Shown here: one piece after another, positions 9,210 to 18,972 of the stretch | Layout: the number at the start of each line of letters is the position of its first letter | Numbering within the stretch: the stretch's first letter is position 1 | Assembly (NCBI RefSeq): GCF_000020025.1 | Contig: NC_010628.1 | Location: 1,200,001 to 1,232,000, forward strand | Length of the DNA stretch: 32,000 bases | Direction of reading: 5' to 3' | From: Nostoc punctiforme PCC 73102 | GTDB taxonomy: Bacteria > Cyanobacteriota > Cyanobacteriia > Cyanobacteriales > Nostocaceae | Notes under the pieces: model-generated | Database searches by the model: none | What the model saw: only the letters and a program-made list of their open reading frames with translations | Told to the model about the DNA's origin: nothing | Translations under genes and position numbers: made by a program

Positions 9210-9999
9210 TGGTTTTATCCTCCAAAATCTAAGTCTTACCAACTTCTTCGTTATTGCCGATATACACAATCAAGAGTTACTTGCTTGTTGGCATCAAGTA
9301 AGACAAATAATCTATTGCAATTGAAATCAAACTGAAACTAAGCCTTTGGCAACGAAATATTTCTTGGTTAATCTGCAATCCCTCATAATTGTCTATACGA
9401 GGCAGAAATTTCTCGTTTTTAACCCGTCAAAGCCTAACACACTTGGCTGAATGGGTATAGCTCATAGATTTTATTTCTCCTAGATCAGAGCGTTCATCAG
9501 CATCGTTGTCATACACACATTAGCAATTAAATCAAGGTATTGCAATATTCTTTAATAAGGATTTCTTAATACTTCTTAACGACAAGTATATATATATAAA
9601 ATATTTTATTAAATAAGTTTTTATAAATCCCTCAGTACAAATATCTCACTTTCCTGACAAATAGCCTTTTTTCGGGCAATTGTTATATCTAATTCATCTG
9701 TTAGGAACAAAAAAGACATATAGAATTTGAGTTTATGCTTGCAATAGTTAGAGTTACTGATTAACGCGCAGATTTCTATCAGCATATTTACTGATTTATT
9801 GAAAACAAAGGTTTTTGAGATTGTATTTATTTAAATAATCCAAGAGGGCTAATGCATCATTTTTAATGGGAATTACAACAGTGTTTTATCTGCTGAAATT
9901 TTAATGTAAAGAGTAATTTATTTGGGTTTAGCTTTGAGTTTATCAAATTAATCTTTGAGACTTGTAGTGTTGCTAATCTAAATCATTCCTGAATAACAA

Positions 10000-10030
10000 G
10001 ATCCCCAACTTCTGCCAGAAGGTGGGGATC
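10000..10030 (-). terminator. Near-perfect palindrome, likely terminator downstream of the hydrolase gene
   Basis: gatccccaacttctg c cagaaggtggggatc gives a 13-bp stem with 1 mismatch. It lies 99 nt after the stop at 10129. On the minus strand it is followed by cttgttattc. Confidence 0.5.
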
Positions 10031-10128
10031 TTGCTGTAAGTTCTAATATTCTGCCTTCCACCGTACTCACGTATATTTACGTAATCCTCTTTTCTCCCCT
10101 GCTCTTTTCACGATGCTCCCGGTCATAA

Positions 10129-11826
10129 CTAACGCGGGGTAGGTTGAGGATTTGATAGTTTGGCTGACTGGGGAATTGACGCACTCCAGATTTGATTAAA
10201 TTGAGCTACCGATAAAGACTGTAAAATACTGAGGTTAAGCGGCTCTTTGCTGATAAATGTTGCATAAGATGGCTGCAAATAGGAACGGTATTCAGGGCGG
10301 TTGAGAAGATGGGTTTCCATAAAAGCGACACTGAGGGCGTTGAGATAGGAATAAACAGCATCGCGATCGGGGCCCAGTAAGGCAGGTGGCACAGGTAAGA
10401 CATCATTTTCAGGAGTAGGTTCTGCGATCGCTGAAAAGTGGGTGGCGTTTTCAATCAAAGCCAGGTACTTATTGGGATCGGAAAGCCAGGTGAAGGGGCG
10501 AATTTGCTCAAATACAGGTGGAGCGAAAATATCTTGACTACCTGCTACCAGCATTACAGGCATTTTAATTTGACTGACTCCGCCCTCACCCAAAACTAAG
10601 CTGTCAATTGGATTAATCGCCATGATTGCCTTGATGCGATCGTCTTTAAGTTCATAATTTTTTTGGGGTAACTTACTTGCTTCACACTGCAATAACAGCG
10701 ACAAATTAAAGGATGAATTATTGGGATTACAATCTTGGCGCAGTTGCTCAAAGTTAATCTTTGCTCCTGCTAGAGTCAAAACGGTATAACCACCAAAAGA
10801 CTGGCCAATCGCCCCAACTTGCTGAAAATTGAGTTTTCCGTGGAGGCTGGGATCGGATTTTTCTAGACGCTGGAGTTCATCGAGGAGATACTTGATATCC
10901 AAAGGTCGGTCGATAAATTCCTCTGGTTCTGGTGGACTTGCCAAACCCGCAAAGTATTCCTGAAAACGTTTGGCATTACTGCCAGGGTGTTCTAGTACAG
11001 CAACAGCAAAACCATAAGATGCTAGATGTTCAGCCAGGTAGACAAAGGTAGAGCGGTCTGAAGCAAGACCATGAGAAATGACAATCAGGGGAAAGGGAGG
11101 AGACGGAGAATTTTGATCTGTGGGTTCTGAGTTTTGAGTTGTAGGTAAATAGATATCTACCGGTAGACGGCGTGAGCGAGAAATGTCATTTAACTCCAGG
11201 CTTTTTTTCAGCCAACGGAATTTTCCTGGCGATCGCAAATCTGGTTGTTTTGAGAAGTCAACAGTTGAATTGGCTGCTTGAGCGATCGCTTCTTTTTGAA
11301 GAGAAGCTACAACTTCATCCTTTTTCTTGAGCAATTGTGACAAGTCATCAACTATCCTTAACCCCTCTGTGAAATTCACCCGCACAGTATTGCTAGGAAA
11401 TTTCCGCAGCAAATTCACCACCGTTAAACCCTCGCGATCGGCAGCAGCCAAAATTAAAGAGGCACGTATGGCATAGAAGCCGTTCTGTCGAGATTCAGTC
11501 AGAAGTAATTTTCCTAGTTGTTGTACTAGCTGCTCTCCGATCGGTGAGTAAGTCACCTGAGATACCAAAGTAGGAGTGAGATTGAAGCGTTGCTGGAGCA
11601 GATCCCGCAGTTGAGCGAGTTGTTGAGGAGTAGCACGGCTAGCATAAAATGAAAAATCTCGATCGATTTTGCCAACTTTCGCAAAAGTTTCCAGCGAGTC
11701 CACCGACAACGAAAATTCGCCGAAGGGAGGATAAAAAAAGCTAATGCGTTCAGCTGCCAATCCGGGAGTAGAAGTCAAAAAGGTAGATAGCAAACCTAAA
11801 CCCAGGTATCTCAGAAATTTTTTCAT
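10129..11826 (-). CDS. Alpha/beta hydrolase with N-terminal DUF1400 domain and signal peptide
   Basis: Nucleophile elbow GQSFGG and an N-terminal AERISFFYPPFGEFSLSVDSLETFAKVGKI (DUF1400-like). Signal-like MKKFLRYLGLGLLSTFLTSTPGLA. I prefer the ATG at 11824-11826, because the track start at 11859 is a TTG. Confidence 0.8.
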   Translation of the reverse strand: MKKFLRYLGLGLLSTFLTSTPGLAAERISFFYPPFGEFSLSVDSLETFAKVGKIDRDFSFYASRATPQQLAQLRDLLQQRFNLTPTLVSQVTYSPIGEQLVQQLGKLLLTESRQNGFYAIRASLILAAADREGLTVVNLLRKFPSNTVRVNFTEGLRIVDDLSQLLKKKDEVVASLQKEAIAQAANSTVDFSKQPDLRSPGKFRWLKKSLELNDISRSRRLPVDIYLPTTQNSEPTDQNSPSPPFPLIVISHGLASDRSTFVYLAEHLASYGFAVAVLEHPGSNAKRFQEYFAGLASPPEPEEFIDRPLDIKYLLDELQRLEKSDPSLHGKLNFQQVGAIGQSFGGYTVLTLAGAKINFEQLRQDCNPNNSSFNLSLLLQCEASKLPQKNYELKDDRIKAIMAINPIDSLVLGEGGVSQIKMPVMLVAGSQDIFAPPVFEQIRPFTWLSDPNKYLALIENATHFSAIAEPTPENDVLPVPPALLGPDRDAVYSYLNALSVAFMETHLLNRPEYRSYLQPSYATFISKEPLNLSILQSLSVAQFNQIWSASIPQSAKLSNPQPTPR

Positions 11827-11964
11827 TAGAAAAACCCACTGTCTAACCCTGCCAAACAAGTTTTAACAGGATATATTCCCTAGAATTATCCAATTCTAGT
11901 ATAGACAGTTACATTAAGAAACTTCGTGTCTGCGTAGACCTACTCTTGGCGACTTCTCGAAGAC

Positions 11965-12711
11965 ATGGCGCTCCACTATGTTAGATTCAAGCTACAACTC
12001 CTGTGGATGAGGAATCAGGTAATGGCGGCTTCTGTAGAACATGGCTTAAATAATAACGCTTCCATCCCTCCCTTAGAAAGTGGCGATCGCTTAACCCGCC
12101 ACGAATTCGAGCGTCGTTATACAGCAATGCCTAATAAAAAAGCAGAATTAATCGAAGGAGTCGTCTACGTGGCATCACCACTGCGTTTTAGAAGTCATGG
12201 CCAACCTCATGGACAGTTAATTACCTGGTTGGGAGTTTATCAAGTTTGCACTCCTGGGTTAGCGCTAGGCGACAATGCTACCGTGCGCTTGGATTTAGAC
12301 AATGAACCACAGCCTGATGTTTTGCTGTTGATAGATAAACCAGCTAGGGGACAGGCACAGATCAGTAAAGATGATTACGTAGAAGGCGCACCAGAATTAG
12401 TCGCAGAAGTAGCAGCTAGTAGTGCATCTATTGATTTGTACGACAAAAAACGCGCCTACCGTCGCAATGGAGTGCAGGAATATATCGTCTGGCAGACTTT
12501 AGAGAATAAACTCGACTGGTTCTGTTTGCAGAATGGTGAATATTTGTCACTTGTAGCAGATGCAGATGGTGTGATTAAAAGTAGAGTATTTCCGGGTTTG
12601 TGGTTAGATATCACCTCGCTAATCACAGGGAATATGACGAAAGTTTTAGCAGTGCTGCAACAAGGATTGAATTCAAAAGAACACGCTGAGTTTGTTGAGG
12701 GTTTAACTTAG
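11965..12711 (+). CDS. Uma2-family (DUF820) putative endonuclease, second and divergent copy
   Basis: PPLESGDRLTRHEFERRY...AELIEGVVYV...PQPDVLLLI...GAPELVAEVAASSASIDLYDKKRAYRRNGVQEYIVW matches the Uma2 PD-(D/E)XK core pattern. The start is ambiguous (ATG at 11965, 12007 or 12022). Confidence 0.8.
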   Translation: MALHYVRFKLQLLWMRNQVMAASVEHGLNNNASIPPLESGDRLTRHEFERRYTAMPNKKAELIEGVVYVASPLRFRSHGQPHGQLITWLGVYQVCTPGLALGDNATVRLDLDNEPQPDVLLLIDKPARGQAQISKDDYVEGAPELVAEVAASSASIDLYDKKRAYRRNGVQEYIVWQTLENKLDWFCLQNGEYLSLVADADGVIKSRVFPGLWLDITSLITGNMTKVLAVLQQGLNSKEHAEFVEGLT

Positions 12712-12775
12712 CAAAACTTAAAAATAATGTCTTGAAAAATACAAATTATTAATGTAAAACGTGATATTAGAAGCC

Positions 12776-12795
12776 GGGAAAGTTTTCCCTTTTTT
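12776..12795 (+). terminator. Rho-independent terminator after Uma2 copy 2
   Basis: gggaaa gt tttccc followed by tttttt. Confidence 0.6.
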
Positions 12796-12966
12796 CAGAC
12801 AGTCTCCCTTGGGAAATCAGTTAATAGCATTTTTGGTGTGAGGTAATTCCAGATAGTCCCGGCGATTAGGGGGAAGGTATTTGGCGAAAGTCTTTGAAAA
12901 CAGCTTAATTCTCAATTCTTAAAAATTGGGAAAGTTTGTTGTCAGCGATTTATAAACAACACAGTT

Positions 12967-14073
12967 ATGACCACAACTCTAGGAAGAAGCGAAAGCGGCA
13001 ACTTGTGGGATCGTTTCTGTCAATGGATTACTAGCACCGACAATCGGCTTTATATTGGCTGGTTCGGCGTTTTAATGATTCCTACCCTATTGACCGCTAC
13101 TATCTGTTTCATTATTGCTTTTATTGCTGCACCACCCGTTGATATTGACGGCATCCGGGAGCCAGTTTCTGGTTCTTTATTATACGGCAATAACGTCATC
13201 ACTGGTGCTGTTGTACCCACATCTAATGCCATTGGTTTGCACTTCTACCCCATTTGGGATGCTGCTTCAATGGATGAATGGCTCTACAACGGCGGGCCTT
13301 ATCAACTCATTGTCTTGCACTTTTTGATTGGTATTTTCTGCTGGCTTGGTCGGCAATGGGAGTTAAGCTATCGTTTGGGGATGCGTCCCTGGATTTGCGT
13401 AGCTTACTCTGCTCCTGTAGCTGCTGCAACTTCTGTCTTTTTAATTTACCCAATTGGTCAAGGTAGCTTTTCTGACGGGATGCCTCTGGGAATTAGCGGC
13501 ACATTTAACTTCATGTTCGTGTTCCAAGCCGAGCATAACATCCTCATGCACCCATTCCATCAACTGGGCGTAGCGGCGGTGTTCGGTGGTGCGTTTTTCT
13601 GCGCGATGCACGGTTCTTTGGTGTCTTCCTCTCTAGTCAGAGAGACAACTGAAGCTGAATCTATAAACTATGGGTATAAGTTTGGTCAAGAACAAGAAAC
13701 CTATAGCATCATAGCGGCTCACGGTTACTTCGGGCGCTTAATCTGGCAATATGCCAGCTTTAACAACTCGCGTTCCTTGCACTTTTTCTTGGCAGCTTGG
13801 CCTGTAGTTGGTATCTGGTTGACAGCGTTGGGTATCAGCACGATGGCGTTCAATCTCAACGGGTTCAACTTTAACCAATCAATTCTTGACTCCAAAGGTC
13901 GTGTAGTTAATACATGGGCTGATGTACTGAACCGGGCCAATTTGGGTATAGAAGTGATGCACGAGCGCAATGCTCACAACTTCCCCTTGGATTTAGCGGC
14001 TGGTGAGGCAGTACCTGTGGCAACGATATCTACAATGGTCACTGAGCGCAGCCGTTCGCGCAGCGTCTCGTAG
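12967..14073 (+). CDS. psbA: Photosystem II D1 protein (PsbA), Q130 form, with atypical 24-residue C-terminal extension
   Basis: 368 aa that align colinearly with canonical D1. D170, E189, H190, H198, H215, H272, H332, E333, H337, D342 and A344 all fall at canonical numbering by my count. G80, F158 and T286 are retained, so it is not the microaerobic D1' type. Confidence 0.97.
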   Translation: MTTTLGRSESGNLWDRFCQWITSTDNRLYIGWFGVLMIPTLLTATICFIIAFIAAPPVDIDGIREPVSGSLLYGNNVITGAVVPTSNAIGLHFYPIWDAASMDEWLYNGGPYQLIVLHFLIGIFCWLGRQWELSYRLGMRPWICVAYSAPVAAATSVFLIYPIGQGSFSDGMPLGISGTFNFMFVFQAEHNILMHPFHQLGVAAVFGGAFFCAMHGSLVSSSLVRETTEAESINYGYKFGQEQETYSIIAAHGYFGRLIWQYASFNNSRSLHFFLAAWPVVGIWLTALGISTMAFNLNGFNFNQSILDSKGRVVNTWADVLNRANLGIEVMHERNAHNFPLDLAAGEAVPVATISTMVTERSRSRSVS

Positions 14074-14081
14074 AGAAGTGC

Positions 14082-14097
14082 GGGCTACGCCTACGCA
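14082..14097 (+). repeat. Dispersed repeat, 16-nt core GGGCTACGCCTACGCA (copy 2)
   Basis: The core begins 8 nt after the psbA stop codon (9 nt downstream of it). The upstream part, agcgtctcgtagagaagtgc, overlaps the last psbA codons. Confidence 0.6.
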
Positions 14098-14134
14098 CCT
14101 GCAATACACGGTTAGTTGTAATTTAAAATTCGCC

Positions 14135-14162
14135 GCGCTCTCTGTATAGAGAGCGCTTTTTG
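14135..14162 (+). terminator. psbA rho-independent terminator
   Basis: gcgctctct gtat agagagcgc gives a perfect 9-bp stem, followed by ttttt. Confidence 0.85.
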
Positions 14163-14437
14163 TATGAAGCTATAGTTATACAAATATTTACACAGATAAA
14201 ATTTTAAAAAAATATCTGGTGTATTTGGGTACAATTACTAAATTGTGAATCATTGATACTAGTAAATGCATTGGTATCAATAAAAATAATTATCAAAATT
14301 GTCAACAGTGAGTAAATTAACTACTGACGGTTATCCCAAGAGTTTACATTCATGATGTTTGTACTGACTCCAAATTTCAGATTTTAGTTTTTGTCTCAAT
14401 TCAATATAAAATCTAAAACTTAAAATCCAAAATAAAC

Positions 14438-15829
14438 ATGGCAGACCTAACTCCGAATTCTAGTTTTAGTTTGACACTGCGCTTGCAGATTCCCAATCGT
14501 GTAGGAATGTTAGCGTCAGTAACCCAGGCGATCGCAACTACTGGCGGCAATCTCGGTCAAATTGATTTAATAGAGCAAACCCGTAAAGAGTCCACCCGCG
14601 ATATTACCGTTGATGCTGCTAGTACCGAACATGCTGAAACCATTGTGCAAGCAGTGAAAGCATTACCAGATATCAAGTTACTCAGTGTCTACGATCGCAC
14701 CTTTAATTTGCATCGTGGTGGCAAAATCAGCATTACTAGCAGAATTCCTTTAAAGAGTGTGTCCGATCTAGCAATGGCTTACACACCAGGAGTTGGTCGA
14801 ATTTGTACTGCGATCGCTCAAGATCCAGAGGAAGTTTACAAGTTAACCATCAAACAAAACACTGTTGCTATTGTTACCGATGGTAGTGCCGTTTTGGGAT
14901 TGGGAAATCTCGGCCCGGCTGCTGCTCTGCCAGTCATGGAAGGCAAAGCAATGCTATTCAAGGAATTTGCTGGGCTAGATGCTTTTCCCATTTGTCTGGC
15001 TACCCAAGATACAGAAGAGATTATCCAGACAGTTAAGAATATCGCGCCAGTTTTTGGGGGTGTGAATTTAGAAGATATCGCTGCACCTCGCTGCTTTGAA
15101 ATTGAAAAGAGATTGCGCGAAGAGTTAGATATCCCCGTTTTTCATGACGATCAGCATGGTACGGCGATTGTCACCTTGGCAGCATTATTTAACTCTCTAA
15201 AACTGGTACATAAGCCAATGGCAGAAATCCGCATCGTGATTAACGGTGCTGGGGCGGCGGGAGTAGCGATCGCGCGGTTACTCCGTAAAGCTGGGGCAGA
15301 AAAAATCTGGATGTGCGACTCTAAAGGGATTATATCTACAAGTCGTGCCGATTTGACAGAAGAAAAACTCGAATTTGCCGTGAAAGCTCAAGGTACGTTA
15401 GCGGGCGCGATGCAAGGGGCAGATGTCTTTATTGGTGTCAGCGCACCGGGAGTTTTGACACCAGAAATGGTGCATTCAATGGCGAAAGACCCAATTGTGT
15501 TTGCAATGGCAAATCCCATTCCAGAGATTCAGCCAGAATTAATCAGTAAAGATGTTGCTGTCATTGCTACCGGTCGCAGTGATTACCCTAATCAAATCAA
15601 TAACGTCCTAGCTTTTCCTGGGGTATTCCGTGGTGCTTTAGATTGTCGAGCAAAGACAATTACGACCACAATGTATTTAGAAGCCGCAAATGCGATCGCT
15701 TCTTTAGTCAAGCCTTCAGATTTGGATCGCGAACATATTATTCCTTCAGTCTTTGATGAGCGAGTCGTCAATGCTGTTGCTGCTGCTGTACAACAAGCAG
15801 CGCGTCAAGAAGGTATCGCTCAGAATTAA
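14438..15829 (+). CDS. NAD(P)-dependent malic enzyme with N-terminal ACT domain
   Basis: 463 aa. An ACT-like N-terminus (LRLQIPNRVGMLASVTQAIATTGGNLGQIDL) is followed by malic-enzyme motifs (AYTPGV, VTDGSAVLGLGNLG, PVMEGKAMLFK, FGGVNLEDI, GAGAAGVA). Confidence 0.9.
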   Translation: MADLTPNSSFSLTLRLQIPNRVGMLASVTQAIATTGGNLGQIDLIEQTRKESTRDITVDAASTEHAETIVQAVKALPDIKLLSVYDRTFNLHRGGKISITSRIPLKSVSDLAMAYTPGVGRICTAIAQDPEEVYKLTIKQNTVAIVTDGSAVLGLGNLGPAAALPVMEGKAMLFKEFAGLDAFPICLATQDTEEIIQTVKNIAPVFGGVNLEDIAAPRCFEIEKRLREELDIPVFHDDQHGTAIVTLAALFNSLKLVHKPMAEIRIVINGAGAAGVAIARLLRKAGAEKIWMCDSKGIISTSRADLTEEKLEFAVKAQGTLAGAMQGADVFIGVSAPGVLTPEMVHSMAKDPIVFAMANPIPEIQPELISKDVAVIATGRSDYPNQINNVLAFPGVFRGALDCRAKTITTTMYLEAANAIASLVKPSDLDREHIIPSVFDERVVNAVAAAVQQAARQEGIAQN

Positions 15830-15937
15830 TTAAATTAATGACTCTTATGGGATGGGTGTCTCGCCCGTCCCCCAGCACATCCTTACTATAGGAAAATTGC
15901 CAAAACTAGCAAACCATTTTGGGTACTCTCGATCATT

Positions 15938-16423
15938 TTATGATTTCGGTTGTACAGCTTGCCTAACAACTTGTTCGTCCAAACCTAACGCTTGGGCTAT
16001 CTGTTCAATACTCAATCCTAATGCCCATAGCTAAGGTATTGTTTCTAGTTTGCCTTCTAACTTGCCTTCTAACTTGCCTTCTTCTTTACCCTCTTCAAAA
16101 ACTTCTTGGTAAAATTTAGTTTGCTTTAACTCACTTAATCCAAACATTTTTCCCATCTCCTCCCGGCTCAAGTGCGGCAATTTATAGATTAATATCGTTT
16201 CTATCAATTGTATAATTTCTCTCTGTTGGGCGGCATTGAGAATTTATTTTCGGGCGCTGTTGACAATCTCTATAGCTTTCGTTGTTGCAGTTGATTCTGG
16301 TTCGATGATTAGTTTGACTGTCTCAATCCCGATTGATGATGTGGAAATTGAGCTTAACTCGTTCAGGTAAACGCAAGTCACTCGTTGGGAATTAGACATC
16401 GCCTTGATGGATATGTCAGATCG
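15938..16423 (-). pseudogene. 5'-truncated, stop-interrupted remnant of a DUF2887/DUF4351 (Rpn-type PD-(D/E)XK putative transposase/nuclease) gene
   Basis: Own translation in one frame: ...RSDISIKAMSNSQRVTCVYLNELSSISTSSIGIETVKLIIEPESTATTKAIEIVNSARK*ILNAAQQREIIQLIETILIYKLPHLSREEMGKMFGLSELKQTKFYQEVFEEGKEEGKLEGKLEGKLETIP*LWALGLSIEQIAQALGLDEQVVRQAVQPKS*. In-frame stops lie at 16244-16246 and 16031-16033. A 12-nt tandem ttgccttctaac x2.8 at 16050-16083 encodes the EGKLEGKLEGK tract. Confidence 0.6.
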
Positions 16424-16512
16424 AAGACTGGCGAAACACTCGTCCCCATTTGGTGATTGGATTATATAAATAAAGCAACATCATCTAAAACACCACCTGT
16501 CAACTGTTTGCA

Positions 16513-18798
16513 ATGAAGTATCAAGCTGGGGATGAGTTTTTACAAGAATTGCCGCTAATTTTGGCGGGGCCAATCCTAAAACATACTGAACCAGAGTCAG
16601 TAACAGTATGGGTGGCTCTGAAACAGTCTTGTCAGGTAGAACTCAAGGTTTATGAAACTACAAATAATGGTGAAGCACTAGGAAATTGCTTATTGGAGGG
16701 AGAACGCTCTAGCTTTGCTCTAGGCAAGTATCTTCATGTAGTTGCGATAACGGCTCGATCGCCGGTTGGATATCGCCTAACTAGCGATCGCCTCTATGCT
16801 TACGATCTCCAGCTTACTGCTGCTGACCAAACCCGGCAAATGCAACAAGCATTATGCTCAAACTCTTCTCCTACAGTCAGCATCAGCTACTTTGCTCATC
16901 AAAAACCGACCTTTGTTTTGCCGCCAAACCGTCTTCAAGATTTGCAAATTTCCCATGCTTCCTGCCGTAAACCTCATGGTCATGGGTTTGATGCACTACC
17001 GATTCTTGACAGTTTAATTGAGGCTTCAGCAAATCAACCCCAACATCGCCCTCACCAGCTATTCCTTACCGGAGATCAAATTTACGGAGATGATGTAGCA
17101 GACCCGTCGTTGTGGGTTGCCACGACTCTTGGTGATGCCCTCTTGGGTTGGGAAGAAAAACTTCCTGTGAATGGAGTTTACTGCACTCCCCAGCAGCTAC
17201 CCCCTGGACAGAGGGCTGATGTTGCAACAAACCAAGCTGGTTTGACCGCAGGATTACATAATAAATCGGAGAAAGTTAACAGTCATCTTTTCAGCCTGGG
17301 TGAATATTACGCTACTTATTTACTAGCTTGGTCGCCAGTGTGCTGGCCCACCACATTTCCTCAAGGACATCAAGTAACGCGCGATCGCCATGCTATCAAA
17401 GACTGGAACCAAGCAGTCTGGCATTTGCGCCAATTCATTTATACCCTCTGGAAAGTGCGTCGTGCCCTTGCTAATATCCCCACATACACCATCTTTGATG
17501 ACCATGATGTAAGTGATGACTGGAACTTAAATCAAGCTTGGTGTTTGCGGGTGCTGGGTCGTCCCTTGGGGCGAAGAATAGTCCAAAATGCTTTGTTAGC
17601 CTACACGGTATTTCAAGGATGGGGCAATACACCAGGGCAATTTACAGAAGATAAATCCGGTGAAAAGCTGTTGGCGGCTGCACAAGCTTGGTCAGCTTCC
17701 CAAGGGAAGGATGCAAAGGCTGATGATGCGATCGCTCGTTATGTCGGTATGCCAGCCAACGATCCTGCCACAGGCTTACCTATTTTAGTCCGAGATGGTT
17801 CCGTATTCATTCTGGATCGAGATCCTGAAGCACTGACTTGGCACTATATAGTCAGGAGCAACTGCCATGAAGTAATTGTGCTGGATACACGCACTTGGCG
17901 GGGTTATCCAGCCGATCAAAAACCAATTGCACCACCGATGCTATTGTGTCCAAAAGCCTTTGAGCAACAACTATTATTACCTTTACAACAAGTAGCTGAA
18001 CAAACTCAGATTCAAAATACATTTGTGATTGCACCCACTAATGTATTTGGACTACAAGTAATTGATTGGATTCATCATTGGCACTTACAACGCGAGAAAG
18101 TTTTTTCAACCGATGTTGGAGATGCTTGGAACATTAATGTGGAAGCACTAGCGAAATTCCTAACTACCTTGTTTGAAGAACGTCAACAAGTCGTTATTCT
18201 ATCTGGAGATATCCACTACAGTTCTGTTGCTCACTTGTCTTATGCACGCACCCATTCCAAATTGCAATCTGTCTTAGTGCAGTTAACCGCTAGTGCATTG
18301 AAGAATGAAGAGATTCTGACGCGGCTGATTCATACACGATTGAAAGATTGGCTATTACCTGAAAAGGTGCGACATTGGATCGGGTGGAGTAACCCACCCA
18401 ATATGGTAGAAATTTCTGCGAAACAATTACACCATAATCGCCAGATGTTAGCTAACTCAGAGTGGCATTGTGTGCTGGAATGGATACCTCGAAACACTGT
18501 TCAGACTTCTACCTGCACAGCAGATATATTATCTTTGATAGCTCCCTGGAAACGAGCAGAAAATGCTAAATGGAAATGGTTACAACCCCTGATGTTTTGG
18601 AAATTTCGTTGGTTTCAGGACGGGCGAGAAGTAGTTGGATTAAATAATTTAGGGCTAGTTCACTTTGAGTTCGCAGACGCGAGTAATTCTGACAAAGTTA
18701 TTCAAGATTTGTACTGGTTTTCTTGTTGGTATCCAACCCAAGTTGTTTACAGCCGTTTTGAGAGCGAGTTAACGCCTAATCACCCATTGTTACGATAA
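16513..18798 (+). CDS. PhoD-like metallophosphatase family protein (large, no obvious signal peptide)
   Basis: 761 aa. The N-terminus has a PhoD_N-like beta-sandwich signature (LAGPILKHTEPESVTVWVAL...). Metallophosphatase motifs are LTGDQIYGDD, IFDDHDVSDDWN and ILSGDIHYSS. Confidence 0.7.
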   Translation: MKYQAGDEFLQELPLILAGPILKHTEPESVTVWVALKQSCQVELKVYETTNNGEALGNCLLEGERSSFALGKYLHVVAITARSPVGYRLTSDRLYAYDLQLTAADQTRQMQQALCSNSSPTVSISYFAHQKPTFVLPPNRLQDLQISHASCRKPHGHGFDALPILDSLIEASANQPQHRPHQLFLTGDQIYGDDVADPSLWVATTLGDALLGWEEKLPVNGVYCTPQQLPPGQRADVATNQAGLTAGLHNKSEKVNSHLFSLGEYYATYLLAWSPVCWPTTFPQGHQVTRDRHAIKDWNQAVWHLRQFIYTLWKVRRALANIPTYTIFDDHDVSDDWNLNQAWCLRVLGRPLGRRIVQNALLAYTVFQGWGNTPGQFTEDKSGEKLLAAAQAWSASQGKDAKADDAIARYVGMPANDPATGLPILVRDGSVFILDRDPEALTWHYIVRSNCHEVIVLDTRTWRGYPADQKPIAPPMLLCPKAFEQQLLLPLQQVAEQTQIQNTFVIAPTNVFGLQVIDWIHHWHLQREKVFSTDVGDAWNINVEALAKFLTTLFEERQQVVILSGDIHYSSVAHLSYARTHSKLQSVLVQLTASALKNEEILTRLIHTRLKDWLLPEKVRHWIGWSNPPNMVEISAKQLHHNRQMLANSEWHCVLEWIPRNTVQTSTCTADILSLIAPWKRAENAKWKWLQPLMFWKFRWFQDGREVVGLNNLGLVHFEFADASNSDKVIQDLYWFSCWYPTQVVYSRFESELTPNHPLLR

Positions 18799-18937
18799 CC
18801 AAAGAGGCAAGGGGGAGAACCTCATAAATCAATTTATTTGTTCTTAAACCCTTGATTGCACAGGAATTTCAGCACCCAAATTAGTGCAACGCTGGCACAA
18901 ATACAGAGAGATGCCGTGTCCCTCTCCTAAGAAACAA

Positions 18938-18972
18938 GGCAGGAGGCAGGAGGCAGAAGGCAGAAGGGAAGA
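18938..18972. repeat. STRR-type tandem heptamer repeat
   Basis: ggcagga ggcagga ggcagaa ggcagaa gggaaga. A second small heptamer tandem, atggggc x2, is at 811-824. Confidence 0.7.

Noticed and set aside
12894-12926. I looked for a psbA promoter here (TTGAAA at 12894-12899).
   Set aside because: No convincing -10 hexamer sits at 16-18 nt spacing (tcttaa/cttaaa only). The promoter must lie between the terminator at 12795 and the ATG, but I cannot place it reliably.
12967-14073. I considered whether this psbA is a rogue/sentinel D1 or a ChlF-type (super-rogue) paralogue.
   Set aside because: D170, E189, H332, E333, D342 and A344 are all present at canonical numbering, as are H198, H215 and H272. 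The G80, F158 and T286 markers are of the standard type. It is a standard-group D1 with some odd substitutions, not a Mn-cluster-less paralogue.
15852-16034. The track lists a 60-aa plus-strand ORF after the malic enzyme gene.
   Set aside because: It is the antisense shadow of the DUF2887/DUF4351 remnant, whose minus-strand translation is recognisable.
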